IMG/VR virus record: IMGVR_UViG_3300020583_000014
Coordinates: 5,742-69,741 of that record
Reading direction: 5' to 3' (one strand)
DNA length: 64,000 nt
Source of the DNA: a virus
A program made the position numbers and the translations under genes. The stretch's first letter is position 1. Each line of letters opens with the position of its first letter. The notes under the pieces were generated by a model. It saw only the letters and a program-made list of their open reading frames with translations. It did not search any database and was not told the origin of the DNA. Below, one piece after another: positions 54,129 through 63,180 of this stretch.

Positions 54129-54926
54129 TCAACCTAGATTTTCACGTCTCTTAGATTCATTACACCCTATACACATAGGCATAAAAGAGTCATCTTTTAT
54201 AGAAATGGGGGCCTTGTATGATCTATCCCCCCAGATGCACCGTGGGATGCCAGCAGCCTTAACTTTGTCTTCAAGATCAGAGATTTGTATAGCGGCCTCT
54301 GGGTAGTTCTTCCATATCAGTTGAAATTCAGAGGGGGATGCAAAAGCACCACATAGACATTCCCCACTCATGCCAAGTTTCCTACTAACTTCACTTTGTG
54401 GTAAGGAATGGGTAGTTCTATACTTATGGAGGTCTATCTTTGAATACATATAGATTGGAGCAACCCATACGGAAGACCCTACCCGTAATATAGGATTAGT
54501 ATATCCCATCCTCCTGGCACTCTCTTGATTTCTAACTCCAGTTACAAGAGCTATCCTATCCTTCCTAGATTTCTTATTTTCCCTAATAATTTTATTCAGT
54601 GCCCTTTCCTTCAACCATACATAAGCATACCTATGGGCAGCTGGCCCCGGAAATCCATATTTTAAAACAAACTGTTCATATGTTTTATCTGGGGGGAACT
54701 CTTCTATTAAGGGCCACCCATATCGGTTACAGGTGTCTCTGACAAACTCCCTTGTCTCTCTAATACCAATGCCTGTGTTTATATGCACCACAGAATCAGC
54801 CCCCTTTTCCATAGCAAAATGGGTCGATACTATAGAGTCATTACCTCCAGAAAATAAGGCAAATACCTTTATTGGCTTATGTAATAGCATAGCCCCCTCA
54901 TATATAGCGTGTGATGTATCTATCAT
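54129..54926 (-). CDS. PAPS reductase family (PP-loop) protein
   Basis: LFSGGNDS, HINTG, GFPG, LKER, GVR..ES.RR, SGECLCG. Confidence 0.85.
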   Translation of the reverse strand: MIDTSHAIYEGAMLLHKPIKVFALFSGGNDSIVSTHFAMEKGADSVVHINTGIGIRETREFVRDTCNRYGWPLIEEFPPDKTYEQFVLKYGFPGPAAHRYAYVWLKERALNKIIRENKKSRKDRIALVTGVRNQESARRMGYTNPILRVGSSVWVAPIYMYSKIDLHKYRTTHSLPQSEVSRKLGMSGECLCGAFASPSEFQLIWKNYPEAAIQISDLEDKVKAAGIPRCIWGDRSYKAPISIKDDSFMPMCIGCNESKRRENLG

Positions 54927-55219
54927 TTATTCCTCCAACTCAACCAGCTACAGGCATCATGTATCTCTTTCTGAAGGAGTAACAAGTTACAGTGGCAGTT
55001 ATTCTGCCGGTTATGGTCTACATGATCCACAGTAAAATAGGACCCCTCTAGAATGGGCCAGCCCTGCTCATCCAAGGTATAATAACACTGTTGTAAGCAA
55101 AGTTGAGTGACTAACACTCTATGTAGGTACTTACCCCGGTTTCTACCCGCTGTATAACGGTAATACCCTTTAGAATTAACAGTATAACCATTCTTAAGCC
55201 TATTCCCTGGATTGAGCAT
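54923..55219 (-). CDS. HNH endonuclease
   Basis: GY.RY, YLHR, VDHVDHNRQNN..CNL. Confidence 0.75.
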   Translation of the reverse strand: MLNPGNRLKNGYTVNSKGYYRYTAGRNRGKYLHRVLVTQLCLQQCYYTLDEQGWPILEGSYFTVDHVDHNRQNNCHCNLLLLQKEIHDACSWLSWRNK

Positions 55220-55222
55220 TTA

Positions 55223-55245
55223 GGGTCTGTATTTAGTACCCGCCT
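55223..55245. repeat. 23-bp dispersed palindrome copy (intergenic)
   Basis: gggtctgtatttagtacccgcct. Confidence 0.8.
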
Positions 55246-55405
55246 ATATTGAGGTTTCCTCGTAAAGGTTATAACTCTCTACAAATACCCCCATAATACC
55301 CAAAAGGTCTACTAGATCCTTAACTCTAGCCTCAGTACTTTTAACATTTATAGCATGTCTAAACCTTGAATCATCCAACAACCATATTCTCCAAACTTGT
55401 CTCAT
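55244..55405 (-). CDS. small hypothetical protein (leaderless)
   Basis: ATG 55405, 7 nt after the -10 box. Confidence 0.55.
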   Translation of the reverse strand: MRQVWRIWLLDDSRFRHAINVKSTEARVKDLVDLLGIMGVFVESYNLYEETSI

Positions 55406-55411
55406 ATAATA

Positions 55412-55455
55412 AGTGTATAGGAATATTGACAAATAAGCAAGGTAACTGGTATCCT
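55412..55455. promoter_or_regulatory. overlapping divergent sigma70 promoters, both apparently leaderless
   Basis: Plus: TTGACA-18-TATCCT, ATG 55462. Minus: TTGCTT-17-TACACT, ATG 55405. Confidence 0.75.
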
Positions 55456-55461
55456 TATACT

Positions 55462-55701
55462 ATGTACAAGTTTGAAGACCCTAACCTAAGGAAATCCTTC
55501 GCAGAAGTACACCCTTTTATCATATATATGGACGGCTCCTACCAGTCTCGGTTCTCTACCCTAAATTGCGCGGCTAGTACTGCTTCCCACCTAAGACTTA
55601 AGAATCCAGACGCAACAATAGAAATAAAAGATGATTCGGGTAGGCCGTATGAGTACTCCTCAGCAACCTCTTTTAGAGGTAATATAAGACATGGATCTTA
55701 A
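55462..55701 (+). CDS. small hypothetical protein (leaderless)
   Basis: MYKFEDPNLRK start 7 nt after the -10 box. Confidence 0.6.
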   Translation: MYKFEDPNLRKSFAEVHPFIIYMDGSYQSRFSTLNCAASTASHLRLKNPDATIEIKDDSGRPYEYSSATSFRGNIRHGS

Positions 55702-56449
55702 ATGCCCCCTATGCACACACGATCTGGCAGAAGACATAAACCGTGATCTTGTCCTCTATCATATGTCAGCCACCGCTGTGGCTCTCAAGTATGGTATCAA
55801 CCACCACAAGCTTGTAACTAAACATAAACCCCATATCACAAAGAGTCTAGCAGCGGCAGCAGAACGCCGGGAGATCACTGCCCATGACCGCCTCCTAGCT
55901 GATACAGAAATGCTATGGAGGGAGACACAAGAAGCCTTAAAGGAAAGTAAGAGTGCAGTCAAGAGTATGGCGGTAACAGAAGGCTACGGGAAGGAGGCAA
56001 GGACAGCATACCGGGAGTATAAGGATCTAGCCCCCCTTATATCTGCCCTCAAAGTAGCCCATGATAACCGCAGACTTTTTGGGGATGCCACAGGAGCTAT
56101 AAAAGGGGGGGCATCTACCTCACAGGTAGGGGTTTACCTCTCTATTGCCATGCCCCGTATGGAGGGGGGACCCCCTGCAATAGAAGGGCGTGTACTAAAT
56201 ACAAACCCTGTTCTAGAGAGTGAAACAGAGGAAGAAAACGAGTTATGGGCCGGGGCGGGTAATGCCGCACGGGAGGTATCCCCTATACCACCTGAAGACC
56301 ACCCGGCCCTATCCAAACGCAAGAAAGTGTATAAGCCACTCAAGAAAGGGGTACCGGACTTCCGCGCAGGCAGCCCGGGTAAGATGACGCGGGTAAAGCA
56401 ACATGTGAAGGATAAAATCTGGGGTAAGGATAGGGAGTACGGAAAATAA
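55691..56449 (+). CDS. possible terminase small subunit / HTH protein
   Basis: CxxC..H, HTH-like ATAVALKYGI..., KH..H, helical oligomerisation segment; function inferred. Confidence 0.45.
   Translation: MDLKCPLCTHDLAEDINRDLVLYHMSATAVALKYGINHHKLVTKHKPHITKSLAAAAERREITAHDRLLADTEMLWRETQEALKESKSAVKSMAVTEGYGKEARTAYREYKDLAPLISALKVAHDNRRLFGDATGAIKGGASTSQVGVYLSIAMPRMEGGPPAIEGRVLNTNPVLESETEEENELWAGAGNAAREVSPIPPEDHPALSKRKKVYKPLKKGVPDFRAGSPGKMTRVKQHVKDKIWGKDREYGK
56186..56208. repeat. 23-bp dispersed palindrome copy (in CDS)
   Basis: gggcgtgtactaaatacaaaccc, read as GRVLNTNP. Confidence 0.95.
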
Positions 56450-56649
56450 ATGCCTACTATCTTTGCTAACAATCCTAAATGGCTACCAAAGAGATTAGTT
56501 TTAGCAGTCACTAATCCCCCCTTAGAATCTATAAAGTGGGCACGTAAGGAGATACCCCCTAGAGCCTTTACTATACCAGGGTGCGTAGGTTCAAAAGAAG
56601 AAAAACAGCAGTGAATGAGGGATAAACAGAAAAGTAAGAGGGATAGGAA

Positions 56650-56982
56650 ATGACTAGACGATCTTTGCTAACTTTACTAGGGCTGTCCCCGGCTTTAGCC
56701 TTAGACCCAGAGAAAGCTCTCTGGACCCCTGGTAAGAAAATGATATCCATACCCGCCGTGGGTAGTCTCTTATCATATAAGGATATGGCTTCTGTGGGGG
56801 GTATCATGTTCTTCCATATACTGAACCACAGAGGGCATATCCTACGAGACTTAGCTGTGGTAGATAAGATTACCCAACAGCCGTATATCTTCAGGTATTC
56901 AGGACAGGGGGGTGTATATGTGGGTAAAAGAATATGTGATACCCTTCTAGTAGGCGAGTACCCAGTCAGGTTATATAAATGA
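56650..56982 (+). CDS. hypothetical protein with twin-arginine-like leader
   Basis: MTRRSLLTLLGLSPALA. Confidence 0.6.
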   Translation: MTRRSLLTLLGLSPALALDPEKALWTPGKKMISIPAVGSLLSYKDMASVGGIMFFHILNHRGHILRDLAVVDKITQQPYIFRYSGQGGVYVGKRICDTLLVGEYPVRLYK

Positions 56983-57182
56983 TACGCTCAGCTAAAATCT
57001 ATCCGGATATAACCCTCTCCCAAGAGGACCAACAGGTTAGTCTAATAGTAAACCGCTACCATGACTTCCTGATAGATAGTGAACTAAGCCCAGAGGAAGT
57101 AGTTATGTGGGCAGCAGAGCGGTCGCAGGAAATACAAAGGATAAGGATAATGTATGCCACAAAAGCATTTGCCCAATCTTGA
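56979..57182 (+). CDS. hypothetical protein
   Basis: Start overlaps upstream stop. Confidence 0.5.
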   Translation: MIRSAKIYPDITLSQEDQQVSLIVNRYHDFLIDSELSPEEVVMWAAERSQEIQRIRIMYATKAFAQS

Positions 57183-57671
57183 TGAACGATGTGAGCAATG
57201 TAGAGGGGATCTTCCAGAATTTATAAAAGTATGGTTTGGAAAATCTGGGAGGCATTACTGCTCAGAGAGATGTATGCTAGATGCAGGAGACATACCAGAG
57301 TAAGGATGGGGAATGAAAATTATAAGAGTTGAAGAAGGGGTTAAGGACCAAAGTCAATTGTATTACTGCCATCCACTGACTAATAGCGGGGACTACCTTC
57401 TTAAACTATTACACGATGGTTGGTGTATTAGGATAGACCCTACCAGACCAGCCTTCCGGGTTTTGCCTATTAAGCAAAATACCTTAGTGTCCCCCCCAGG
57501 TTCTTAGTAATCTCCTCCCCCCCTCATAAGAGATATTATAACATCAAAATCCCACATTGTATATAATTATTTCTTGGGCTTATACCATGCTAGGGCTCTT
57601 GAGTGCTCGCTCGCTTCGCTCGCTGCGCGCTCAGTATTATACGTTATAGTTGATTTTATCCCCTCTTGACG

Positions 57672-58049
57672 CTATACTAAGGTGGAGGTTGGGGCGGTGG
57701 CAGGCCGGGTATAGCACCTTCCCTGTAAGTAGCCCAGCCTTTTATAAATCCCCACCCTAATACAATAAGGTACACTGGTAGGGGGACCCTTCTCGTATAA
57801 ACACTCTACCCCAGGTATCTTATCCCTATACACCCTATGCACAAATTTATGGCAGCCTTTGCACATCACCTGTAGATCCTGCTCCCGCTCCTGCCCCAGC
57901 CTCTCGTACGTTATGTGATGTATAACCATCTTCTCCCGCACACGCCCACAACGGATGCACGCAGGGTATTTCTGTAACATCTTATAACGTAGGGCTCTCC
58001 AATGAGGGGTGTATAGGTAAACTTGATACCATTGTGCTATGTGTGGCAC
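57672..58049 (-). CDS. HNH endonuclease
   Basis: YL.TPHW..LR, C.RCG, HH.TY.RLG.E...DL..MC..CH..VH. Confidence 0.8.
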   Translation of the reverse strand: MPHIAQWYQVYLYTPHWRALRYKMLQKYPACIRCGRVREKMVIHHITYERLGQEREQDLQVMCKGCHKFVHRVYRDKIPGVECLYEKGPPTSVPYCIRVGIYKRLGYLQGRCYTRPATAPTSTLV

Positions 58050-58071
58050 CTAGAAAGGGTACCATGAAAAC

Positions 58072-58094
58072 GGGCGTGTACTAAATACAAACCC
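58072..58094. repeat. 23-bp dispersed palindrome copy
   Basis: gggcgtgtactaaatacaaaccc. Confidence 0.95.
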
Positions 58095-58613
58095 TACCCT
58101 GAATGGGGTCCTTTTATGGCTTGCATACCCCTATAACCACTCCCAGATAGCCTTTCCTGCTCCCTTGAAACACCGCACTTTACTGGCCGAGGGGACCCTA
58201 AATCCCACATTGGGGGCATACCCCCGGTGGTATACCATATACCCCTGCCGGTATGCTTTATTGTGTCAATACATACACGCGCCTAAGTTGTTGATAACCA
58301 CTCCAGCGCGTTTCTATAAGAATCAATAGGTTAGGCCACCAAAGTTAATGTGGGTTTATTGAGCATTAGAAGCCCGCCACGCGATCGGGTTGGATTTCAG
58401 CGGGTATGGCATTGGGGAGACTGCGCGGGGGGCGTGTAGGGGAATGGCCCTGAAATTGCCATATACAGTTCTTGTGATGAGCGCGCAAACTTTTAACCGG
58501 AGGGCCCGAAGGGCCCGTAGGTTAATAGTGGTATGAGCACTCAAATGCTACGAAGCGGAGTGAGATCGCCCGAAGGGCGAGCTACGGAGCGGAGTATATA
58601 AGGATACCAAGTA

Positions 58614-58636
58614 GGGCGTGTATTAAATACAGACCC
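58614..58636. repeat. 23-bp dispersed palindrome copy
   Basis: gggcgtgtattaaatacagaccc. Confidence 0.95.
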
Positions 58637-58645
58637 TCTTTTGTG

Positions 58646-58764
58646 GTAGCACGATTATCATAATTCGTAGCACTGTCAGTAGCACGATTGTACAATTCGT
58701 GATACTGGTTATGGCTGCATGGGGACTAGTAAGCGCGTAGCACGATCGGAGGGGTTCGTGCTAC
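58646..58764. repeat. three tandem GTAGCACGA...TCGTGCTAC-type inverted repeat units
   Basis: Units start at 58646, 58679 and 58737; the third has a perfect 9-bp inverted repeat. Confidence 0.75.
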
Positions 58765-59030
58765 TGGTATATCCACTATATCCCTTGGTTGTAGACTCAT
58801 AGACCACATAGGCATAGTACCCCGTCACACAAGGGGTTAGACAGGGATATAGGTAGATACAGGGTTAAGGCTATGTATAAGCTCTGTAGGGACGTTGCCC
58901 GCGCTGGTAGGTACCAGACATCCAGATAACGAGGTAGGAGAGCACCTAGGCCAGGGGGTAGCCCGCGAAAGGCATAAAAAATGGCCCACTGCCAAAGCAG
59001 ATGGGCCATTAGGTAAGTATGTGCGGAGGC

Positions 59031-59228
59031 CTACCTAGGTACCAGTAGGGGGGCATAGAACGTTCTGGATAACCCCTGTATACGGGCAATTTGGGTAAAT
59101 CCATTTGCGCGTGCGAACCGCATTACCGCTTTAAGAGTAGTAAAGGTTCTACCAATATGGGATGGGGTAACATCTGCCCATTCCCCAACATCGATAACTT
59201 TTGGTAACTCACGTGATTGATTATGCAT
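59031..59228 (-). CDS. small early protein
   Basis: AGGAG SD and own promoter. Confidence 0.6.
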   Translation of the reverse strand: MHNQSRELPKVIDVGEWADVTPSHIGRTFTTLKAVMRFARANGFTQIARIQGLSRTFYAPLLVPR

Positions 59229-59249
59229 TTTGATACTCTCCTATTTAGG

Positions 59250-59278
59250 ATCATACCATAGGTTTGCCTATCTGTCAA
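59250..59278 (-). promoter_or_regulatory. sigma70-type promoter
   Basis: TTGACA-17-TATGAT with extended TG. Confidence 0.75.
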
Positions 59279-59284
59279 GAACAT

Positions 59285-59319
59285 AAAAAAGCCCTACCAG
59301 CGTGCATGGCTGGTAGGGC
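59285..59319 (-). terminator. rho-independent terminator
   Basis: 11-bp stem GCCCTACCAGC/GCTGGTAGGGC followed by T6 on minus strand. Confidence 0.8.
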
Positions 59320-59614
59320 AAAGGGAAGAAACAGGGTTTAGCGGGGATGTCTGGAAACACGCTTGCGGCGGTCCGCTTTGAACCGTGGGACGAACCATAT
59401 CCCTTTTGCGCTACCATCGTGCCATGCGATCACGGCTGATAGTAGAGCTAGTAACCACGCGATTGCTAACCACATCAGGGTAATCATAACGCCACCATCG
59501 CAAGGGACACGGCCGAGGATACCCAATAGATCCCGCGCCGATAGTCGCCGGTGTAGATTGACACAATGGCTGCGCCGATGTTGATAGCGATAAGGCAAGC
59601 TGGAAACAGTTTGC

Positions 59615-59950
59615 TCATAGGGCACCTTCCGGTTGAATGTTCGTGACGGTTGCCAAACCTGGGACTGTGACCGATACCTCTACTTTGGTAGCGTAGGGCG
59701 CAGAACGGTGAAAATGCTTGGCAGCTTTGAGCACTAAAAGCTCGCAGCTATCGGCAGTTTCCCGCAACTCGCGGAAGTACTTGCCGTACACGGTATTGTC
59801 TAGCAGAAAACCGTGCTCGTTGAGCGCTGAATCGGGAAACGACAAGGTAGCAGCCCACTCGAAAGACTTGGGAGAGTCACTGCCAGGGCCACAATGGAAA
59901 TCGCCTTTGATGGTCACTGAGAAAGAACCGTGCGCGTGTTGGGTAAACAT
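59615..59950 (-). CDS. QueD/PTPS-like T-fold protein
   Basis: LNEHGFLLDN and SCELL resemble the QueD G.V.DF and T.E.LA segments; weak. Confidence 0.4.
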   Translation of the reverse strand: MFTQHAHGSFSVTIKGDFHCGPGSDSPKSFEWAATLSFPDSALNEHGFLLDNTVYGKYFRELRETADSCELLVLKAAKHFHRSAPYATKVEVSVTVPGLATVTNIQPEGAL

Positions 59951-60452
59951 TAGCGTATCCTCCGATCTAGGATAAACACCACTAGAACCCAGCATGCCAG
60001 AGACAGGAAAAACCAAAGGGGAGACGAGAGTATTAGCCGTAACATGTTACTTTCCTCCTTTGCGGTATTCCTTCAGTATCATGCGAGCATGATTGACGCG
60101 TTTGGCGCGGTACCACGCTATAACCTTGCGGTGGATTCCCGCGAAAATGATAACCTCGCGAGTACCGTCAAGAACGAAGAATAACGCGGCGGCCGCGAAT
60201 TCCTTTGATGCTACGAAAGCTGTGAGTATTTCCATGGCTAGTTTCCTCCCATGTAATGCCGGGAAACGACCATGGGTAGACCGTTGGCGCATTCTACGCG
60301 TACGGTATTGACTGTGCCATAAATCCACTCTATGGCAAGAAAAGTGAAAGGCCCTACCACGTCCGAGTGGTAGTTCAGGCCGTCTGTTACCGATTCAAAT
60401 ATGCTCATAAGCTTTAGCTCCTTTTGTGTCCGCATCAACGCGGTACACAGTC

Positions 60453-60481
60453 AGAGTAAAGCACTTTTGCCTGCTAGTCAA
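60453..60481 (-). promoter_or_regulatory. sigma70-type promoter
   Basis: TTGACT-17-TACTCT. Confidence 0.55.
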
Positions 60482-60537
60482 ACTAAATCTGCATGATAAA
60501 TGTTTATGGGGTTATAACAGGAATTTATGAGGGATTA

Positions 60538-60560
60538 GGGTTTGTATTTAGTACAAACCC
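60538..60560. repeat. 23-bp dispersed palindrome copy, followed by an extra half-site
   Basis: gggtttgtatttagtacaaaccc, then tagtacacaccc at 60566-60577. Confidence 0.95.
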
Positions 60561-60588
60561 AATTCTAGTACACACCCTAAACTGAGGG

Positions 60589-60617
60589 AAGCCTGCTAGG
60601 GTTAGTAGCAGGCTTTT
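60589..60617. terminator. probable terminator hairpin
   Basis: AAGCCTGCTA/TAGCAGGCTT stem, T-run on plus strand. Confidence 0.55.
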
Positions 60618-60754
60618 CGAGCGGTAGGCCAATGGTTGTTAGCTACATACCGCATGATGCGGAGTAGCTTAAGCATTCCCGGTAAGGATGCTTGCATATA
60701 GGCACGGTGGAGTACATCGTGCGCGGTAAGATGTGGTTTGTAGCAAGCCATAGT

Positions 60755-61132
60755 TTATGTCTCCCAGGATATTGGGATAACTGCCCAATTATCCATTGTC
60801 CTAGCCTGTTTCGCGTGTCGGTCGCATAGGGTTAGGACAGTCCTGTTTCGTCCCAGGTTGCAACATGGGGTGCCTGGGTTGCCGCAAGCTGGGGTATGGA
60901 ATCCTGGGTTATCCCAATGGACTGGGCATTCCATAACCAATCCATGCTTGCGGGTTTCCTCTAGGCCAGCGGTAAGACCATAGTAATAGGCATTATCGCG
61001 GGCGGATTTGCCGTACTCGAAGGATCGGTGCGGATGCTTGGTACCATACTCCCGAGCATCCGTATAGCCTAGGTAGTAGGCGTACTCAGGGTCGAAGCTA
61101 CTCTTGACAGGTTCCATTATTCTACCCCACAA
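60755..61132 (-). CDS. hypothetical early protein
   Basis: Y..GY.D repeats, Cys-rich C-terminus. Confidence 0.5.
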   Translation of the reverse strand: MWGRIMEPVKSSFDPEYAYYLGYTDAREYGTKHPHRSFEYGKSARDNAYYYGLTAGLEETRKHGLVMECPVHWDNPGFHTPACGNPGTPCCNLGRNRTVLTLCDRHAKQARTMDNWAVIPISWET

Positions 61133-61288
61133 GCGGATAGGAAAAAATGGTAGTCAAACCGGCTATTTGACTGTAAGCAGACTTCCGCTATGGATTGGGT
61201 ATCCCGCTTCCATTGAGAGTACTTAATCAGGTACTCAGTACCTTCTCCCTTGCTAGGTTTAGTGTTTTTCATGGCATCAGCCAATGCA

Positions 61289-61891
61289 TTAAAGTGTTTC
61301 TTGGACATCTGTGTTTTCTCCTTCCGTATCCGATGCGGCAACCGTGACCGAAGATTCAACCAGGCTGCCATCCGCTACCGAATACACCGGATAAGGAGCT
61401 TTGTTATCCTCGAACCAATCAGGGCCTAGGCAATAGGTCTTTAATCCACGGTATTCAGATGACTGCCCTAACTCTGAGTTGTCCAGATCACCGGCGTTAG
61501 GGGCACATGGTGAGCACGGTCTAGCAAAGGTATACCATGGGCTATTTTCCACGAATAGACATACCAGAGAGGGGCTGTTGGATATCTTGTACCCATACTG
61601 CTCGTATAGATATACCTCATCTTCCCCTTGGTATTGGTCGTTCCAGGTATCCGATATGGCATCCCATGCGGCATCCGTCTCCCGATCCAGGGTAGACGGT
61701 TTTCCACCGTAGGTGCCTTCATTGAACCATTCCCCTAAGCAGGACCGTAGGGAAGCCTTAGCAGTCTCCATGGCTTCTTTATAGGTCAGGTTATCTCCTT
61801 GGATGAACACATCGTCCAAGGCTTCCGGTATTACCGAATGGTAGGATATGGCTCCGTAGTGGATGCCGGTCTTATCGTCAAAATTGGTCAT
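61289..61891 (-). CDS. hypothetical early protein
   Basis: D.KTGI.YG.I, CSPC.PNAG.L, YCL..DWF; SD present. Confidence 0.65.
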   Translation of the reverse strand: MTNFDDKTGIHYGAISYHSVIPEALDDVFIQGDNLTYKEAMETAKASLRSCLGEWFNEGTYGGKPSTLDRETDAAWDAISDTWNDQYQGEDEVYLYEQYGYKISNSPSLVCLFVENSPWYTFARPCSPCAPNAGDLDNSELGQSSEYRGLKTYCLGPDWFEDNKAPYPVYSVADGSLVESSVTVAASDTEGENTDVQETL

Positions 61892-62187
61892 TCACATTTC
61901 TCCTTTTCTCTTAGCATAGACACTATTTCCTCATGTCCTTTAAGGGCTTCATCCCAAGTGCAATAACGCTCTTGGATATACTGGTTAGGGTCAGCAGGGC
62001 CAAACACCATTGTCTCAAACAGGACTGGACTAGCATGCTGACCATATCCATGATCTAGACCTAAGAACACAGTGGAGACTAGCGTTTCCCCTATCATAGT
62101 TTTCCCTACGATTCTTCCCCAGTCTTTATCCACTGGATATGTCCCGGCGCGTAGAATGTTATGGTTTTCGTCTAACGTGTACCACAT
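61888..62187 (-). CDS. hypothetical early protein
   Basis: VSTVFLGLDH..., LFETMVF, RY.TW.EA..GH motif; AAGGAG SD. Confidence 0.7.
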   Translation of the reverse strand: MWYTLDENHNILRAGTYPVDKDWGRIVGKTMIGETLVSTVFLGLDHGYGQHASPVLFETMVFGPADPNQYIQERYCTWDEALKGHEEIVSMLREKEKCE

Positions 62188-62256
62188 CAGGTTTCTCCTT
62201 TGTCAGAGTTAGATGCGAGCCCCACGGAATTGGATTCAACCGTGGGGCTTGCAGGG

Positions 62257-63072
62257 TTAGACCAGTTTTGCCATTGCCTCTGTTAGTTGCCAGAGGGACT
62301 TGTTGAGGCGTGTGTTCTCTCCAATCCCGGTTACAGCGCGGACCTTCACACGCCTATTGGTATGGGGATTCCTACCACGTGGGCCGCCTTGTGTAAGGTG
62401 TTCCTGCACCACGTTGAAGGTGTTCCAAAGGGTAGGAGCTTTATCCTCATACCGCCTGGGACGGATGATCTGTTCAGCGGATACCGGCGCTTCTCCCTCA
62501 TCGTAGCGGAGAGCAAGGGCAGAGTCAGCATATGCGGTCTGTTGTGGCGCGGTAAGGAGTTTCTGAGAGAAGGATTCCACTGACTCCAGCACTTTAGGGA
62601 ACTGCTCAATGACTTCAAAAGATGCTTCCAGGATATCATCCACACTCCCCTTGTGTACCTGATGGATGCGGGCCACCGTGGAATCTGCTACCACTAGACC
62701 ATTCAGGCAAGCCAACCGCCATAATGCCGCATCCAGGTTATGGGCCGAAGATCCATCATGGGCATTAGTCAGTAGCAGTTCTGGGTATAGGGTACCCAGT
62801 TTAAGGTTAAGTGGGCTATCCCCCTGCCGCATATCGCGGAAGCGGATAGCATGTTTGGTAAAGTCTCCCTTGCCGGGGATGCGGGTACGGGATTGGACCG
62901 CGCTAACCGGAACGAATCCCTCAGAGCGCATCTTATCCACAATTTGGATGGTGGGGATGAATGTATACCGTTCACTCATACGTTCCCATGGTTCGGTAGC
63001 GAAGATAGAAGGGGCTTCCTTCCATAGCTGCTCGTTGCTCATTGGAGTGGGCTGGTATTTTGCGTTAGTCAT
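62257..63072 (-). CDS. DUF932 family protein
   Basis: APSIFA...S.RYT.IPT, KH.IRFR, N.HDGSS, RL.C.NGLV, RR.ED...LW.TFN.VQE.L..GG, LN..LW. Confidence 0.85.
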   Translation of the reverse strand: MTNAKYQPTPMSNEQLWKEAPSIFATEPWERMSERYTFIPTIQIVDKMRSEGFVPVSAVQSRTRIPGKGDFTKHAIRFRDMRQGDSPLNLKLGTLYPELLLTNAHDGSSAHNLDAALWRLACLNGLVVADSTVARIHQVHKGSVDDILEASFEVIEQFPKVLESVESFSQKLLTAPQQTAYADSALALRYDEGEAPVSAEQIIRPRRYEDKAPTLWNTFNVVQEHLTQGGPRGRNPHTNRRVKVRAVTGIGENTRLNKSLWQLTEAMAKLV

Positions 63073-63096
63073 CTTTTGGCTCCTTTGCCTGTTCCT

Positions 63097-63125
63097 ACAG
63101 TACCAAACATTTGCCAAGGATGCAA
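63097..63125 (-). promoter_or_regulatory. sigma70-type promoter
   Basis: TTGCAT-17-TACTGT with extended TG. Confidence 0.55.
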
Positions 63126-63157
63126 CACTTACTTAATTAAGGTTTGTTAATCAAACA

Positions 63158-63180
63158 GGGCGTGTATTTAGTACACGCAG
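63158..63180. repeat. 23-bp dispersed palindrome copy
   Basis: gggcgtgtatttagtacacgcag. Confidence 0.85.

Noticed and set aside
57604-57632. AAV-like Rep-binding element (GCTC repeats)
   Set aside because: No HUH Rep gene or ITR structure; a short low-complexity match.
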